NCBI RefSeq assembly: GCF_003704095.1
Contig: NW_020846824.1
Coordinates: 248,001 to 312,000, forward strand
Direction of reading: 5' to 3'
Length of the DNA: 64,000 nt
Source: Pocillopora damicornis
Taxonomy: Eukaryota
Positions 60,200-64,000 of this stretch are shown here, in pieces. Made by a program: the position numbers and the translations under genes. The notes under the pieces were generated by a model. It ran no database searches. It was not told the DNA's origin and was given only the letters and a program-made list of their open reading frames with translations. Within the stretch, counting starts at the first letter, position 1. Every line of letters begins with the position of its first letter.

Positions 60200-62460
60200 A
60201 TGTTGACGAGCCGGTGCATACGTTCGATTTCCAAGCTCTCTTCCTCAGCGCGCCTTGTGGTAAGAGCAAACTTTATGTCAGTGAGTTTATATATCAGCTC
60301 TCATTAATTTAGGCCTTCTTCCTGCAGCGCCATGCCTCAAGACTTCAGCAAGGAAGCTGTAAAGAAGGTAAAACATTACATAAGCCTTACCGCACGTGTA
60401 TACATATAGTGTGTAAGTTTGGACTCTACTCCGGTATAAAATTTATGATGATCTTTGATTTGCCCATCTTCACAGGGATTAATGTACAGATTGGATTATT
60501 AGGTAGATCGTCCCCGGGTGGTCAGTGGTAAGTAAAAATTTTGATTTTTTTATGTCTATGAAGGTTGCCTTTGAGGGACTGGAACTGCAATATAACTACA
60601 GCTAGTTGTCACCAACACCATTTTCAGGGCTTCTAAGCTGACGTTTCGAGTGTCATGTTAGAAACTATTGATAGTGGCTAATTTACTTTATCAACTCATT
60701 TGATGAAATCTAATTATCTTGTTTTACTCGCCCACCAACGCAGCACCACAGTGTCTTTAGAAACTTGATCACTTCATTCATTTTCAGGGGTGATTTGTTT
60801 CGGTTGAGGAACCACCAATTGAAAACATTCCCAGTTCTCTACAAAAAACATGCAAATTCCTTCACTCTGCACATGTAATTCTACTTAAACTGCAGCAAAT
60901 TGACCCACCAACTCCTGTGATCTGATCAGTATTGTAATCCTCCCTTCCAGAAGCCATACTTTTCCTCATGGAATAGTTTGGAGAATCTAAATCAAATCCA
61001 AACCATGTTATTACCTATACAAAGTATAGGGCTGTAAGGAAATCTTACCTAACTCCTCCTAGTTTTTCCTGCTCTTACCATAAATGACACTGGTGTTCTG
61101 CAACTGAAAAAAAGTATTCACAACTGTCTAAGTAAGTTTCTTTTTCTTTTGTTTAATAGCTTAGCTGCACAAGGCAAGTTTGGCAAGCGCTTCACCAGGA
61201 GTATTTATGCGACAACAGTAGCAGGTAAGTGACAATTGTAATCTGTTTTCTCTCAAGATCTGATTTGTTATTAGTTATTTTTCCTATAATACTGACACAT
61301 TTTCAGTAATTAGTATGTGAAGGCCAGAATAAGTGTTACTTCAATAAGTTTTACCATAATTGATGTAGTGTTCTCCTTTTCATGTTGTAACTGGTCAAAT
61401 TTACTGCTTGTATTACCTCTTATTACCAGCTTAAATTGCTTGGAATTCTTGGAATTTCAAGAGAAAAAAAATATTGCACTACTGGTTTGAAAATTCAGCC
61501 TACCTGTCATGCAATTAGGGGAGAACACCATTAATGCAATCCCTGCCAGTGCTACTACATTTACTGCTGTTACTACACTACTACAGAACTACTGTCACTG
61601 CTGCTGCTGCTACTGTAGCTCTACAGAGCACAAACCGTAACATTCCCATATTGCAATATATAGTTCAACTACACTTTCAATTGGAAGAATGAAAGTAAAT
61701 ATCAAAGACTGATAGTGTTATTTGATTACCAGCTGATTTTGCCAGGATACCAGAGATGATGGCTAACAGTCTAATTGAAGCTGCTGGAGTTGATGCTGGC
61801 GTAGCTGATGATGATGACGAAATGACGAGTTCGGTAAAGAAGGGGAAACATAGAAGGATCAATTGTGGCTGGTGTAGCTGATGACGATGATGAAATGACA
61901 AGTTCAGTAGAGAAGGCGCAACACATAGATTAATCATGGTTATTAACAAAGGATAAAGTGACAGTGAAATGTGATGGGAAGCTTTGTCAAGCACTGTTTT
62001 AAAGTTTAGGTTCATAAGGAAGACCCTGCACAATTCTTTTGCCTATCCTGAGAGCCTCAGCTTTCTTTTTAATCTCATTTTATCAAACACTTTTTTTAGC
62101 CTTTGGCGAAAGTATGAGAAAGGAGTTTCTAAATTTCCAATGTATGTTTAGACAGTTTAAGCTTGCTGATATAAAAAAAGCTGTTGTGTGTGTAGTCATA
62201 TTTTCAAAACTCTGCTCTGATAAGCACTGATAAGACTTATAATTTTGCTAATTTAATGGAATTTACATGAAACCAGAACTAGCTCAAGAGATTGAACTCC
62301 ACAGGCTTCAGATGTTCTTTCCTGAAGAGCAATAAGCTTCTTCATAACATTCATACAGTTATTTTTGTTTTGTCTTTTTTATATCTTGTCATTTCAGCAG
62401 TTGTTGACAGATGAAATCTTGAATCACCTGATTAGGAGAGAATGTGTAGTCTTGCATTGA
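60200..62460 (+). CDS. Unidentified protein with a mitochondrial-presequence-like N-terminus
   Basis: Phase-consistent exons 60200-60259, 60328 (or 60313)-60367, 60476-60527 and 61160-61224 (MLTSRCIRSISKLSSSARLV..GKRFTRSIYATTVA; R/S/L-rich, almost no acidic residues). Tentative further exons are 61733-61833 (acidic) and 62401-62460; the 3' structure is uncertain. Confidence 0.55.
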
Positions 62461-63351
62461 GACTTGTGCTGGTAAATTTCTGTTACATACAGGTGTGCTG
62501 TGTTGTGTTTTTATACCCTCAAGCCTTTTTGTTGAAAGCTTTTTTTTCCCTTTTCTTCCTATGCCAGTCTACTGGAATGTTGATGATCAGTAATACTAGA
62601 GTAACTGGCATGAGTGCTTTTCATTTCAGGGAAACTGAACTTCTGGTACCTCAATAGTGTATAATAACAAAAAGTTACATGTTTTAAATTTTTCTCACAA
62701 GAAAGTTTTGGTTGTTTGAAGGGCACTAATAGACTGAAAACTGTATCTACCTAATGAAATTTTGTCTGGGTTGTTTTATTAATACAAAACAAAGAAAAAC
62801 TTGTAGTTGTGTGGTTTATAGGGAATTTATGAATGAGCATGGAGTCTCACCAACACATGACATGGGATAATGTGTCCATGTAAATCGCTGGTTTTGTATA
62901 ACCCTCGTTAAACTGAAAATAAATACAACACTTTCTTTGTGATTGTAAGGGTTTTGTTTGTAGGTATGAGCCACAATCAATTAATCAGGAAGACGTCCAT
63001 AACAAGAGGTGTTGTTACCAACTGATGGTACAAACTGCCTCTAGGTACATTTGAATGGTTCAGTTAACCTTGTATGGAAAAGTGATTGTCCTCGTGTATT
63101 GGACGTTATTCAAACTTTTTACCAACGACTGGCAGTTCCGTGTTTGTTTTGCAGTCGCTCGTGTAGAACTGCGCCCCTTGTAATTCTCGCTTTCGTTTAG
63201 CCAATCATAACTCCATCAGCCCACATCCACAGCACTCCCCCATATTGAACAGAATTCGACAAAACGACAAGAGCAAGCCGGGACGTGAAATATACTGCAT
63301 AATCGAAGCTGAATCGGTAACGAATTTTTTTCGAAGTTAAGTCTTCCAGGC

Positions 63352-63486
63352 ATGTTTCTACGATCTGTTGCCAGGGGATTTTCTGCCCAGAGAGGCTTAT
63401 CTCTGCTGCTTGGGCGAGTGGCTGTCCGATGTGCGTCAGGAATTTATCCCAATCCCACGGCTTCTGTAGAAAATGGCGAGATGTCG
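63352..63486 (+). CDS. First exon of an unidentified mitochondrial-targeted protein (continues beyond the window)
   Basis: MFLRSVARGFSAQRGLSLLLGRVAVRCASG..ENGEMS followed by the donor GTGGGT. Preceded by a CpG-richer promoter-like stretch with CCAAT at about 63201. Confidence 0.6.
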
Positions 63487-64000
63487 GTGGGTATTGTTTA
63501 CGTCGTAGTTTGTTTGTATGAAAGCTTTTTCAATGGCTTGTTAGGAATTTCAGCGGACTTTTTCTGCTTTAACTGAGACACTTTTTTATGCTAAATAGTG
63601 AGAGATTTTATGTGTTTTAAAAAATCGGAGGAGAACAAATGCAAACTCCTAGAGTGCTAATGTGTTAGTAAAAGATTCTGGAACCAGTCGACCAGTTTTG
63701 TTGACGTATTATCGTTGTCCTCAGGATCATCAAAACTGTTGACATTGCTGGCTAGGGAGCCCAAAAGTTTAAAGCATCGCTAATTGTAAGGCCTTAAGTA
63801 TGTCTGGAGGAACCTCTACAGCCATCCACTTTGTAACATCGAGCAAATTTATACGAAAGATCCGACAATGATTGTGGAGTTCATAAAAACAGACACAACT
63901 GCCTTGGATTGGTCTACAGCTATCGATTTTCACAATCATGAGCGTTTTTGTGGCTGCAAATAAGAGTAGTTCTTTCGCTTCAATTTGCTTCAAAGTGCGA

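Noticed and set aside
60200-61224. Assignment to DLST based on a vaguely similar N-terminus
   Set aside because: Only low-complexity presequence similarity; no lipoyl-domain exon in the window.

Overview
AT-rich, intron-containing animal genomic DNA with several N-gaps. Gene content and repeat types suggest a cnidarian, probably a stony coral (inference only). In order the window holds: (1) a 2-exon gene for a fungal-type Aur1/IPC-synthase-like membrane phosphotransferase; (2) a convergent pair of paralogous LRR-EGF-(FN3)-TM receptor tyrosine kinases; (3) a FAM47-family gene; (4) a decayed partial duplicate of NFXL1, then the intact NFXL1 on the minus strand. The 13.4-kb second intron of NFXL1 hosts an opposite-strand tandem array of at least 3 (probably 4) fast-diversifying vWA/MIDAS + papain-like protease + Zn-ribbon genes; (5) head-to-head with NFXL1, a 9-exon gene missed by the ORF track, encoding a ~207-aa PUB-domain/coiled-coil protein that ends G-G-G-TGA-G-TAA and is followed by a canonical type II SECIS; (6) RPS3; (7) one or two unidentified genes with mitochondrial-presequence-like N-termini. 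The best candidate for an undescribed system is (5), a putative PUB-domain selenoprotein. All exon models were built by hand from GT-AG signals and frame continuity. No database searches were run.
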